From Bdellovibrionota bacterium (GTDB lineage Bacteria; Bdellovibrionota_C; UBA2361; JAAYZI01): a DNA stretch of 64,000 nt. Below the pieces are notes generated by a model that was not told the origin of the DNA, searched no databases, and was given only the letters and a program-made list of their open reading frames with translations. Where the stretch lies: the NCBI GenBank assembly GCA_050950765.1, contig JBMNIF010000002.1, positions 704,001 to 768,000 of the forward strand, read 5' to 3'. Below, piece by piece: positions 49,133 to 58,267 of this stretch; within the stretch, counting starts at the first letter, position 1; the number at the start of each line of letters is the position of its first letter. Made by a program: the position numbers and the translations under genes.

Positions 49133-51121
49133 ATGAATGATCTGATACGGGCAGAAACCGTTAAAATAAAGGAAAAGACATTAGTCAGCGTTAGGTTATG
49201 TCTGCTGGCAGGAGCTTTGATCTCTGCTTCATTCTTTCAATTTACGGTTTATAAAAAATTTCCAGAATTGAGCGATCTCTTCTCACGTAGTGTCCTGTGT
49301 CTTGTTACCTTTATGATATTTTCGTTAATCTGGATCTCTTTAAAAAAGACAAGCACTACTTGGATCCTCCTTGCAACAGTGATCGATATTTTTATTGTGA
49401 CGGTAGCTGTTTATTTAACAGGTGCTTCTATCAGTCCGTTACTTGTTTTGTATCTTCCGCTCTTAATGGGGTGTGTAATATTAACTTCAAGAAGATGCGG
49501 TTTTATTGCCGCAGGAGTGGCACTTGGCGTATATGCTTTATTACTGATAGCGATCTCTTATAACCTTTTACCGAATGATGGAGGGTCTGAAATTGCTTTA
49601 ACAACGGGGCTGCTTTTACAGTTTTTAGGGCTTGCTTTTGCTATGGTGTTAGTTGTGTATGCAACTGATTTTTTACGCAAAGCACTTTATGCCGGAACTG
49701 AACTGGTTGCGCAGCACCAAAAAAATTTAATTGAGCTTAATGCCGCTCAAGAGATTCTGATCGAAGGAATTCCTGATAGTGTTATTGTTGTAGATAATGG
49801 TGGGCTTATCGTAAGGATAAATCAACCAGCTGCTGACCTGTTTTGTGTTGATAAAAAAGATGCACTTGGTAAAGAGTTTAAAGAATTTTTTACCAAGTGT
49901 TTTCCGGATCACGATGATTTTCAATTTGAACTTGGGCAACATGAAGTAAATCTGATTGATCTTACAGGAAGAGAGTTTCGTTTTGAGTATTCATTTCAAG
50001 CGATATCGAATACAGAGGGAGAAAAGACGGGGGCATTTTATGTTTTACAAGATATTACAAAATTAAGATCAGCAGAGGATTTGCTTTCTTTGCAGGAGCG
50101 TATGGCGGAGCTTCTTTCAGAGCAGAGAGCTTCAGTAGTAACACATCTGAAACTTAATAAGTTTGTCGGAGAAAGTAAGGCCATGCGAGATGTCTTTGAA
50201 TTGATCGCCCGTGTAGCACCGTCTGAAGCAAATGTGTTGATTAGTGGAGAGTCGGGAACAGGTAAAGAGCTTGTTGCAAAAGCTATTCATTTAAACGGCA
50301 GTCGTGCTACCAAACCGTTTGTAGCGTTAAACTGTGGCGCTGTACCGGAAACGTTACTTGAATCTGAACTGTTCGGATATAAAAAAGGTGCTTTTACCGG
50401 TGCTGATTCAGATCAGATCGGGATGTTCCAACAAGCAGATGGGGGTACACTTTTTCTCGATGAAATAGGCGAAATGCCGCTACACCTCCAAGCAAAACTA
50501 CTACGAGTAGTGCAAGAAAAGAAAGTGCGCATGCTTGGTGCTGAGCAGGAGAAGGCAGTCGATGTGCGGATCCTTTCCGCTACGAACCGTAATTTGGAAG
50601 AAGAGGTTGCAAACGGTCAATTTAGACAAGATCTTTTCTATCGTTTAAATGTGGTGGCGATAAAAATCCCGCCATTAAGGGAGCGCAAAGAAGACCTGCC
50701 GCTTCTAGTTAATTCTATCCTTTCATCTTTAGCTCGTGATGGAGTGATGCCCGTTGTTACACCTGAAGCGATGAAGTGTTTACTTCATTATGATTATCCT
50801 GGGAATGTGCGAGAGTTGGAAAATGCTCTTGAGCGTGCAGTGGTGTTTGGCGGGGAGGTGATCTTGCCTGCGCATCTGACAGAGTGCATCAGAGAGGCGG
50901 CTGCCTATAATAAAAAAAGTGAAGTAGCTGCACTTGAAGAGATCGTTAATGCTGCTGATGCGATAAAGTTACCTGTTAATCTTGAGGAAGTTTTAGGAGA
51001 TCTTGAGAAACAGTATTTAGAATCGGCTTTAAAGGCTAGTGCTGGCGTTAAAGGTAAGGCTGCTGCGTTACTCGGACTTACGCCCAGATCTTTTAGGTAC
51101 AGGTTGCAAAAATTTGAATAA
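49133..51121 (+). CDS. Membrane-bound sigma-54 enhancer-binding protein (PilS-like TM + PAS fused to PilR-like AAA+/HTH)
   Basis: About 5-6 TMs, PAS (INQPAADLF...QDIT), GESGTGKE, GAFTGA, LFLDEIG, RQDLFYRL, YPGNVRELEN and a Fis-type HTH. Confidence 0.88.
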   Translation: MNDLIRAETVKIKEKTLVSVRLCLLAGALISASFFQFTVYKKFPELSDLFSRSVLCLVTFMIFSLIWISLKKTSTTWILLATVIDIFIVTVAVYLTGASISPLLVLYLPLLMGCVILTSRRCGFIAAGVALGVYALLLIAISYNLLPNDGGSEIALTTGLLLQFLGLAFAMVLVVYATDFLRKALYAGTELVAQHQKNLIELNAAQEILIEGIPDSVIVVDNGGLIVRINQPAADLFCVDKKDALGKEFKEFFTKCFPDHDDFQFELGQHEVNLIDLTGREFRFEYSFQAISNTEGEKTGAFYVLQDITKLRSAEDLLSLQERMAELLSEQRASVVTHLKLNKFVGESKAMRDVFELIARVAPSEANVLISGESGTGKELVAKAIHLNGSRATKPFVALNCGAVPETLLESELFGYKKGAFTGADSDQIGMFQQADGGTLFLDEIGEMPLHLQAKLLRVVQEKKVRMLGAEQEKAVDVRILSATNRNLEEEVANGQFRQDLFYRLNVVAIKIPPLRERKEDLPLLVNSILSSLARDGVMPVVTPEAMKCLLHYDYPGNVRELENALERAVVFGGEVILPAHLTECIREAAAYNKKSEVAALEEIVNAADAIKLPVNLEEVLGDLEKQYLESALKASAGVKGKAAALLGLTPRSFRYRLQKFE

Positions 51122-51147
51122 CTTCAGATAGTATTTTTTAGGTAGTA

Positions 51148-51190
51148 ACGCCGCCTTTTAAAGCTTGATCGGCGTAACTCTCTTTTTTTA
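51148..51190 (+). terminator. Probable intrinsic terminator
   Basis: ACGCCG/CGGCGT stem followed by a T-tract, between convergent genes. Confidence 0.45.
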
Positions 51191-51247
51191 AAGTGAAACA
51201 CTTTCTTAGATCAAGCTCTTTTACAAAGAAAGAGAACGCTCTCGTAC

Positions 51248-52621
51248 TTATAAAAACTTCTTCTTCGGTATTGCACGTAATAACGCCAACATACTTTGTG
51301 CTTGATGTGCTTGGTTAATATCCGCTAAGGCTGCTCTTAAAACTTGTTGCGGTATCTTTTCATCTGAGGTGGAAAGGTTTGGCAGATCTACCTTTAAAGG
51401 ATCAACGTAGACACCGTTTACAGCAAGACGGAAATCCAGATGAGGTCCTGTTGACATTCCTGAAGAGCCGACATAGCCGATCACCTCTCCACGTTCAACG
51501 GTATCCCTCTTTTTCAAACCTTTCTTTATCGCTGAAAGGTGCAGATACGCTGTGGAATATTTAGCGTTATGCTGAATCTTAATCATACGTCCGGCAGCTC
51601 CAGAAAATCCTGCAAAGGTTACCCTTCCTGCTCCGATAGATCTAACAGGGGTACCGACAGGTGCTGCAAAATCAATCCCTAAATGCGGACGACGTATCTT
51701 TAAAACAGGATGTAGACGAGAATTAGAAAACACTGATGAGATACGGGTGTATTGTAACGGATAGCGTAAAAAATAATCTCCGATAGCGTTGCCGTTTTCG
51801 TCATAGTAACGTCTTTTTTTATCCTTCCCGATGTAGCTGATGGCAGCGTGTAGCTTGCCCTTGACGATAATCGAAGCAGCTTGAATAGGACCGACGCTTA
51901 TGATCTCACCATCTTCCGTTTGTTGGAGTGTGTATGAAACAGAATAGGTGTCTCCCCGTTGTAAGTCACGTCTAAAATCGATGTCATTAGCGAGTAGGTC
52001 TACGAAAGAGTCGATCACCTCATGAGGCACTCCGCGATCAAGTGCATCTTTCGCTAGAGAGCTTGAGATAGAGCCCGTCACCACTTTTTCTTCTTCTGTA
52101 TAAACAGGCTCAATGATATTAGGTTTGTACCCGTTAAAAGAATCACCGTCCAGAAGTAGGACGCGTCCTTTTTCAAGCTTTTTCCGTAACGCTGTAATAT
52201 CGCCATCAGTAGAGAGTTGTAACTCAATATCATCTCCCGCTTTTACGCAAGAGAGGGGAAGGTTAACCTCCTTTAAAGCGTTGGCAGCATGAATGGCGCC
52301 AGAGGTGTTAACGGTATAACGGGACCAGATGCTAGAGAGGGTGTCTCCTGCTTTAACAGGATGGATAATTATTTTCGGTTCTGATGGCAGTGCAGGTGTT
52401 AATTCCTCACAAGTGTCCGTTTGAAAAGGTTCAGAGGTATCGTTAAGATCTTCCGGATCTTCAGAATCGATCAATAAGTGATCTTGAATGAGATCTTGAT
52501 TAATCTCCGCGACAATTTTTAGAGGGCTGGCAGGGGCTATATCAAATAGTGACTTTACCAAAACCGTCAAAAGAACCACTGCCGCGAGTGAGTTTGTTAT
52601 AGTTGTCTTTAAATAATGCAT
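51248..52621 (-). CDS. M23 peptidoglycan DD-endopeptidase, MepM-like
   Basis: LysM-like VKAGDTLSSI, DIDFRRDLQRGD, RLHPV..RPHLGIDFAAP, YLHLS and STGPHLDF motifs. Confidence 0.88.
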   Translation of the reverse strand: MHYLKTTITNSLAAVVLLTVLVKSLFDIAPASPLKIVAEINQDLIQDHLLIDSEDPEDLNDTSEPFQTDTCEELTPALPSEPKIIIHPVKAGDTLSSIWSRYTVNTSGAIHAANALKEVNLPLSCVKAGDDIELQLSTDGDITALRKKLEKGRVLLLDGDSFNGYKPNIIEPVYTEEEKVVTGSISSSLAKDALDRGVPHEVIDSFVDLLANDIDFRRDLQRGDTYSVSYTLQQTEDGEIISVGPIQAASIIVKGKLHAAISYIGKDKKRRYYDENGNAIGDYFLRYPLQYTRISSVFSNSRLHPVLKIRRPHLGIDFAAPVGTPVRSIGAGRVTFAGFSGAAGRMIKIQHNAKYSTAYLHLSAIKKGLKKRDTVERGEVIGYVGSSGMSTGPHLDFRLAVNGVYVDPLKVDLPNLSTSDEKIPQQVLRAALADINQAHQAQSMLALLRAIPKKKFL

Positions 52622-52753
52622 AACGACGATGGACTATAACGCAGAGTGAATAAGAGGACAAGGTGCAATGCAACAAGTTAAAACATCGTTTTGTCGAGAT
52701 GCTCTAAGTATTGTTATTGTTAGTTTTTATTCTATGGCTAATAATACTTTTTC

Positions 52754-53182
52754 ATGAGTGGGCGTATAATGGGGATTGATGTTGGAAGGGTGCGGGTTGG
52801 CGTTGCTTTTTGTGATCCGTTGGGAATAAGTTGTGCTCCTTTTGATGTATTTCCAAAGGCGCAAGGGCGGGCAGAGCGATCAATATTGAAACTTATTGAT
52901 GAAAATAGCGTCAAACTTGTAGTAGTCGGAATGCCTTATAATCAGAGTGGAGAGAAGACGGTACAGTGTGAAATGGTTCAACATTTCATCTCTAGGTTAG
53001 AGCGCCGAGTTCCCTCAGATGTAAAGATTGTTTGTCAGGACGAGTACCTATCCTCAGAAGAGGCTATTCAGCGGATGGTGGAGCGGGGCATTGATGTGCA
53101 GAAACATCCAGTTGATGCTGTCGCCGCCTTAGTTATCTTAGAGGACTATCTCAAAGAGAATAAGGTGGAAACGAATTTGTAA
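52754..53182 (+). CDS. yqgF: YqgF/RuvX family nuclease (pre-16S rRNA processing)
   Basis: GIDVG..RVGVA..D, VVGMP, DEYLSS and VDAVAA..IL motifs. Confidence 0.92.
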   Translation: MSGRIMGIDVGRVRVGVAFCDPLGISCAPFDVFPKAQGRAERSILKLIDENSVKLVVVGMPYNQSGEKTVQCEMVQHFISRLERRVPSDVKIVCQDEYLSSEEAIQRMVERGIDVQKHPVDAVAALVILEDYLKENKVETNL

Positions 53183-53239
53183 ATTATCGTCCTTAATATC
53201 TTTGATGGTTAGTTTTGTGTTTTTTATGCTCTGTTAACT

Positions 53240-54253
53240 ATGAGAAAAATTGAATTTGGAATTAAAATTTCGATTGTATTACTGGTTCCCCTTATCGTAG
53301 CACTGATCGTCTTTGTGCAGATGCGGCAGATCTTTATCCTTCCTGCGAATGTAAACGATAAAGAGGTCGTTCTAGTGAAGGTGAAAAGTGGTAGAGACCT
53401 GAAAGAGGTCGGTTCAGAGCTGGTTGAAAAAGGTGTCTTAAAGTGGGCAGGAGTTTTAAATGTCCTTAAAAAATTCGCCGTTAAGGATAAGACAAAGGTG
53501 ATAATGGAGGGTGAATATGCCTTCTCCCCAAGCATGACACCGAAACAGATCTTAAACAAAATGTTAAATGGAGAAGTTACCTTAAGAAAGGTAAGTATTA
53601 AAGCGGGTCTTTCTATCTGGGAGTTGGGAGAGATCTTTGAAGAAGCGGGGATCTGTTCTAAAAGTGATTTTGAAGCAGCTTTGGGGGACGGTGCCCTTCT
53701 GAAGCAATACAATCTCCCTGTGGAATCGTTTGAGGGGTACTTCTATCCAAAAACTTATGAGTTTTCATCTTTAGATTCTCCGCAACGTATTATCGGCGTG
53801 ATGTTGGCAGAAGCAGAAAAACATTGGCCTAAAGAAAATACAGAATCTGCTGATAGGTTGGAGTTGTCACGCCATGAAGTCTTAACGTTAGCTTCTATTA
53901 TTCAAAAAGAGGCGAAAGATCCGGATGATTACGGTAATTTAGCATCAGCGCTTTACAATCGTAGTACTTACGGCATGAAGTTTGAGTCTGATGAGACTGT
54001 TATCTACGGATTGAAAGATTTTGATGGAAACTTTACTCCGGAAGATAGAGAAGAAGAGCATCCGTATAATACTTGGATCATTCCAGGTTTTCCCCCTGGA
54101 CCGATCTGTAATCCGAGTGATGTAGCGATCGATGCAGTCTTGACGTTACCGAAGACAACGAATCTATTTTGGATAAAAAACACAAACGGTAAGTTTGAGT
54201 TCGTTCCGGATAAAAAGAGTTTGGAGGATTTAAAAAGGAGCAGGGGAGAATAG
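53240..54253 (+). CDS. mltG: Endolytic transglycosylase MltG
   Basis: N-terminal TM, EGYFYPKTY, LASIIQKE, SDETVIYG and PYNT...GFPPGPICNP motifs. Confidence 0.88.
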   Translation: MRKIEFGIKISIVLLVPLIVALIVFVQMRQIFILPANVNDKEVVLVKVKSGRDLKEVGSELVEKGVLKWAGVLNVLKKFAVKDKTKVIMEGEYAFSPSMTPKQILNKMLNGEVTLRKVSIKAGLSIWELGEIFEEAGICSKSDFEAALGDGALLKQYNLPVESFEGYFYPKTYEFSSLDSPQRIIGVMLAEAEKHWPKENTESADRLELSRHEVLTLASIIQKEAKDPDDYGNLASALYNRSTYGMKFESDETVIYGLKDFDGNFTPEDREEEHPYNTWIIPGFPPGPICNPSDVAIDAVLTLPKTTNLFWIKNTNGKFEFVPDKKSLEDLKRSRGE

Positions 54254-54371
54254 TTCAGAAGATTATTAGAGGCGTATTCGTTTCTTTGCTCGATCTCGGG
54301 TTATGCGTCGTTTAAGATGTTTTAAAAGACACATAACCTAAAATTTATATAAAGATCTCAATTTTCTGCAT

Positions 54372-56306
54372 GTGAATGTTTTAGAGTTAATAACAGGTGT
54401 TGAAGATCGACTGACGCGTAACCGTTACAAGTCAGAGCTACTGGTGGTGTTCTTAATTTGTAGCTGCGCCTTGCCCATCTATGCTGCCCTCTTTAGTTTT
54501 GTAGGAGGAGTGGCTGCGCTAATTTTTGCTTTATTATTATTTGTACTCCTCTTTGTAAGATGTCTTAAAGAGAAAAAATTTAAACGGGTAGGGAATATTG
54601 AAGCAGCTCATTTTTTAGATGACCTCTTTAAAAATAAAAATAGGCTCGTAAGTTATCTCTCTGTCAACGAGAAAGAGGACGAAGAGTCAAAAGAGGTGGC
54701 TAATCTCTTGAGCTACCAAATTGAATCTTTAATCCCTGAAGACTTTACCCCCGATCAATTTAAGTTTGTGCCTTCAAGAACTCAGAAGAAACTCTGTTAT
54801 CTAGTACCGTTTTTATACGTCTTAAGTGGATTGATCTTTTATTTCTCCTATTCTGAGTTTCAACCACACAGTGCAGAAGCTAAAGAGATTATGGAAGTAA
54901 TTGAGAAAGAAGATCTTCCACCTGAAGTTGAAGAAGCGTTACAGAAGTTAGCTTCTGCTATTGAAGAGGCAGGGCTTAGTTCTGAAGAGGTTGAAGATGC
55001 TTTAAGTGCGGCTGAAGAAACTCTTAATGAAGCGATAAGTGCTGAAGAAGGTGAATCTGCTGAAAAGAGAGAGATGGAAGAGAGGTCTTCACAAAAAGAG
55101 GATCTTTCTGAAAGGGAGTTGCCGACTCCTACTCCTTCAACAAGTGATACAAAAGATCAGAAAGAAGAGGAGAGAGCTAAGCAGGAAAAAGATAAAAAGG
55201 AGGAAGAAGAGAGAAAGCAAACAGGGCAAGATAAAGCTCAAGAGGAAAGAGATAAAAACCAGCAGGGGCAAGGTGCAGAAGATAAGGGTGGAGAGAAAGA
55301 ATCTGCAAGTGGTAGGGAGGAAAATAAAGAGGGTCAACCATCAAAAGGAGAGCAAGACTCTCAAACAGGGAAGAAAGGTGATTCAGGTGGAGAGGGGAGT
55401 CAGAGTAGCGCCAATGCAAAAGATAATGGAGGTGGTTCCGCTGAAGATAAAAGTACGGCGGATAAAGAGGAGGGGGAAAAGGGTAGTTCTAAGGGAGAGA
55501 AAGGGGGTGACACAACAAAGCAGGACGGATCAGATAAGCAAGAAGGAGGTAAAGGTGCGGATCAGAAAAAGGATCAGGGCACTTCTTCTCAGAAACAAGA
55601 TTCTGCTGAAAGTGGTAAAGATGGTGAAGATGATAAAAAAGGAAGTGATGGAAAGAAGGGTGATGCGGGAGATAAAGGTACTCCTGATGGCAGTAAACAC
55701 TCTGCGGGGTCGGGCGGAAAAAAACAGGGCTTAGACAAAGCTAAAGAAACGCTTGATAATTTACGAAAAAAACAGGAGGAAAGTTCAACTGCTGCCGGTG
55801 AGGAAAAGGGGAGCTCTAAGGAGGAAGGTAAGAAAGACGCCGGTGAGGGAAAAGGGAGCTCTAAGGAGGAAGGTAAGAAAGATGCCGGTGAGAAAAAAGG
55901 GAGCTCTAAGGAGGAGGGTAAAAAAGACGCCGGTGAGGAAAAAGGGAGTTCTAAGGAGGAGGGTAAAAAAGACGCCAGTGAGAAAAAAGATGCTTCTAAG
56001 GAGAAGAAAGGATCTTCTGGTTTTGGAGCATCTCAAGTTGATTCACGTAGTGGGGAGAAGAGGCTTGGAGAGAAGGGGGCACGAGAAAGTTCAGAGAGTG
56101 AAAAAACTTTAGAAGAGGTGCATTTACCTAAAGGAAAAGAGAAGTTTGATCAAAAGTATGGAGAAGGTACGGGCAAAATTATCAAAGGAGATAAAGAAAG
56201 CGCGTATCGTACGCAGTTAAAAGATGTAAAATTAGCTAAGCCGGAGGATGTAAAAAATAGGGAAGATCAACTTATTCCTTTGGAATATCGCGATCTTTTG
56301 GATTGA
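54372..56306 (+). CDS. Membrane protein with a long charged low-complexity region, first gene of the MoxR/vWA operon
   Basis: About 3 TMs, a coiled segment, ~350 aa of E/K/G/S/D-rich sequence and a C-terminal IPLEYR motif. The GTG start is uncertain. Confidence 0.7.
   Translation: MNVLELITGVEDRLTRNRYKSELLVVFLICSCALPIYAALFSFVGGVAALIFALLLFVLLFVRCLKEKKFKRVGNIEAAHFLDDLFKNKNRLVSYLSVNEKEDEESKEVANLLSYQIESLIPEDFTPDQFKFVPSRTQKKLCYLVPFLYVLSGLIFYFSYSEFQPHSAEAKEIMEVIEKEDLPPEVEEALQKLASAIEEAGLSSEEVEDALSAAEETLNEAISAEEGESAEKREMEERSSQKEDLSERELPTPTPSTSDTKDQKEEERAKQEKDKKEEEERKQTGQDKAQEERDKNQQGQGAEDKGGEKESASGREENKEGQPSKGEQDSQTGKKGDSGGEGSQSSANAKDNGGGSAEDKSTADKEEGEKGSSKGEKGGDTTKQDGSDKQEGGKGADQKKDQGTSSQKQDSAESGKDGEDDKKGSDGKKGDAGDKGTPDGSKHSAGSGGKKQGLDKAKETLDNLRKKQEESSTAAGEEKGSSKEEGKKDAGEGKGSSKEEGKKDAGEKKGSSKEEGKKDAGEEKGSSKEEGKKDASEKKDASKEKKGSSGFGASQVDSRSGEKRLGEKGARESSESEKTLEEVHLPKGKEKFDQKYGEGTGKIIKGDKESAYRTQLKDVKLAKPEDVKNREDQLIPLEYRDLLD
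55794..55995 (+). repeat. 45-bp in-frame tandem repeat (4 full copies plus a partial)
   Basis: GCCGGTGAG recurs every 45 nt and encodes (D)AGEEKGSSKEEGKK. Confidence 0.92.
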
Positions 56307-56325
56307 TGTTTTAGAGATATAGAAT

Positions 56326-57348
56326 ATGGACTTTATGAAAACTTCAAAGCCGACACTTAGTAATGAGTTGGCTGCTGCAATTCGTCGATTTAACGATATT
56401 TTTACCGCACTTGAAAATGAGATCTCAAGGGTGATTGTTGGTAATGAAGATATCGTGAGAGGCACCCTTGCCACAATCTTTGCGGGTGGTCACGCCTTGC
56501 TTGAAGGTGTGCCAGGTTTGGGAAAAACGTTACTTGTAAAATCCATCTCGCGTTCAATGGGGCTTCTTTTTAAACGCATTCAATTTACACCCGACCTGAT
56601 GCCAATGGATGTGACGGGAACGCAGGTTTTGACAGAGGGTGAGAACGGTAAGAAAGAGTTCGTTTTTAAAGCAGGGCCTCTTTTTGCTAATATTGTTTTA
56701 GCGGATGAAATAAATCGTGCCACTCCGAAGACACAATCTGCACTCTTGGAAGCGATGGAAGAGAGGCAGATCTCTATTATGGGGGAAACTTATAAGATTA
56801 AACCTCCTTTCTTTGTTTTGGCGACACAGAATCCAGTTGAGTTGGAAGGGACTTATCCGTTACCGGAGGCGCAATTAGACCGTTTTCTTGTTAAGTTATT
56901 ATTAAAGCCACCTACTTCCGCAAACTTAAAAGCGATTGTGGAGCGTACGACCGGTACAAAAATTCCAGAAGCGCAACCTGTTTTAGGCAATGCTGAAATG
57001 CTTGTTACGATAGAGAATATGAAGAAGCTTGTGCGGCAAGTTGTTGTTGCAGATCCGATGCAGGATATCCTTGTTAGGATCTTGGCAAAGTTAACTCCAA
57101 ATAATGAATATGCTGGTGCGACAGTCAAGCAGTATGTTCGTTTCGGTCCTGGCCCGCGTGGTGCGCAAGCTGTCATCCTTTTAGCTAAAGTGATGGCGTT
57201 ACTTGATGGACGCATCAATCTTTCGTTCGATGATATTCAAGCGGTTCTTACGCCGTGTTTACGGCACAGACTTTTGCTTAACTTTCAAGCAGAAGCAGAC
57301 GGTGTTTCCTCTGATGAAATTATTGAAGAGGTTAAGGGCGGAAAGTAA
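56326..57348 (+). CDS. MoxR-family AAA+ ATPase
   Basis: GVPGLGKT, RIQFTPDLMP, LADEINRATPKTQSALLEAM, ATQNP and LPEAQLDRF motifs. Confidence 0.93.
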   Translation: MDFMKTSKPTLSNELAAAIRRFNDIFTALENEISRVIVGNEDIVRGTLATIFAGGHALLEGVPGLGKTLLVKSISRSMGLLFKRIQFTPDLMPMDVTGTQVLTEGENGKKEFVFKAGPLFANIVLADEINRATPKTQSALLEAMEERQISIMGETYKIKPPFFVLATQNPVELEGTYPLPEAQLDRFLVKLLLKPPTSANLKAIVERTTGTKIPEAQPVLGNAEMLVTIENMKKLVRQVVVADPMQDILVRILAKLTPNNEYAGATVKQYVRFGPGPRGAQAVILLAKVMALLDGRINLSFDDIQAVLTPCLRHRLLLNFQAEADGVSSDEIIEEVKGGK

Positions 57349-57385
57349 CTCACGCTAAAAGTTAAGATAAGACGAGATTGTTGTT

Positions 57386-58267
57386 ATGTTACCGACGGTA
57401 TTTACAAATGATTTTTTACGTCAACTTGAGCTTTTAAGATTAAGATCAAGACGTGCCTATTTAGGAACGAGGCAAGGGAATCATAAATCTTTAAAGCGCG
57501 GTTATGGTATGGAGTTTTCAGATTATCGTCGCTATGAATTGGGAGATGATCCGCGCCATATTGACTGGGCTGCTTATGCGCGTAATGAAAAACTTTTTGT
57601 TAAAGTTTTTGAAGAGGAGCAAGATCTAAGTGTGCTGCTACTTATTGATGCTAGCGCTTCAATGTTAAACCCAAAAGAAGATAAAAAATGGGAGACAGCT
57701 AGAGATATCGCCATTGCACTTTCGTATATAGCTTTGTTGCAACAAGATCGTGTTACGCTAACGATTCCAGGAATTTTTCAAAGCCCGTATTATGTCGGTG
57801 CTACTGCAATTCATCGCATCGGGAGTGATATCGGGAAATTAACTTTAAAAAACGGCAATGATATTTTACACGGTGTGCGGCAAGCTGCAGCAAGGTTGTG
57901 TTTTCCAGGTGTGGCAGTTGTTATCTCTGATTTTTTAATGCCTTTTAAGGAGATAGAGGGTATCTTTAATATTCTAAAAGCTAAAAACCTTGATATCACT
58001 GCAATTCAAGTTCTTGGAGAGAACGATCTAAAACCGTTTCCGCAAGAGAAAAATGTAAGGGTAGTTGATAGTGAAAATGGTGAAGAGGTCGAATTAGTTT
58101 TAGATGATAAGGCGAGAATAGAATATGAAGAGCATTTATCTGATCACAATAACAGAATAAGAACTTTTTTTAGTGAATCTCGGATTAGTTATGCTTTGGC
58201 GGAAGTTGCGCAAGGTGTGCAGGAGTTTGTCGTTAAAAATCTGACTAATACCACGTTGCTACAATGA
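57386..58267 (+). CDS. DUF58 domain protein
   Basis: G.EFSDYRRYELGDDPRHIDW, IDASASM and ISDF motifs. Follows the MoxR gene. Confidence 0.9.
   Translation: MLPTVFTNDFLRQLELLRLRSRRAYLGTRQGNHKSLKRGYGMEFSDYRRYELGDDPRHIDWAAYARNEKLFVKVFEEEQDLSVLLLIDASASMLNPKEDKKWETARDIAIALSYIALLQQDRVTLTIPGIFQSPYYVGATAIHRIGSDIGKLTLKNGNDILHGVRQAAARLCFPGVAVVISDFLMPFKEIEGIFNILKAKNLDITAIQVLGENDLKPFPQEKNVRVVDSENGEEVELVLDDKARIEYEEHLSDHNNRIRTFFSESRISYALAEVAQGVQEFVVKNLTNTTLLQ

Noticed and set aside
51420..51460. Inactive second M23 because of HLD instead of HLH
   Set aside because: HLGID and YLH are intact, and GPHLDF is, to my knowledge, a common natural variant in MepM-like proteins.
27045..54253. Predatory or epibiotic lifestyle inferred from pili, peptidoglycan enzymes and amino-sugar genes
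   Set aside because: All of these occur in non-predatory bacteria, so one window cannot support the claim.
55039..56112. Lys/Arg-rich alternative-frame ORFs (55039-55734, 55753-56112) and antisense ORFs
   Set aside because: They are by-products of purine-rich low-complexity and repeat sequence inside the 54372-56306 gene.
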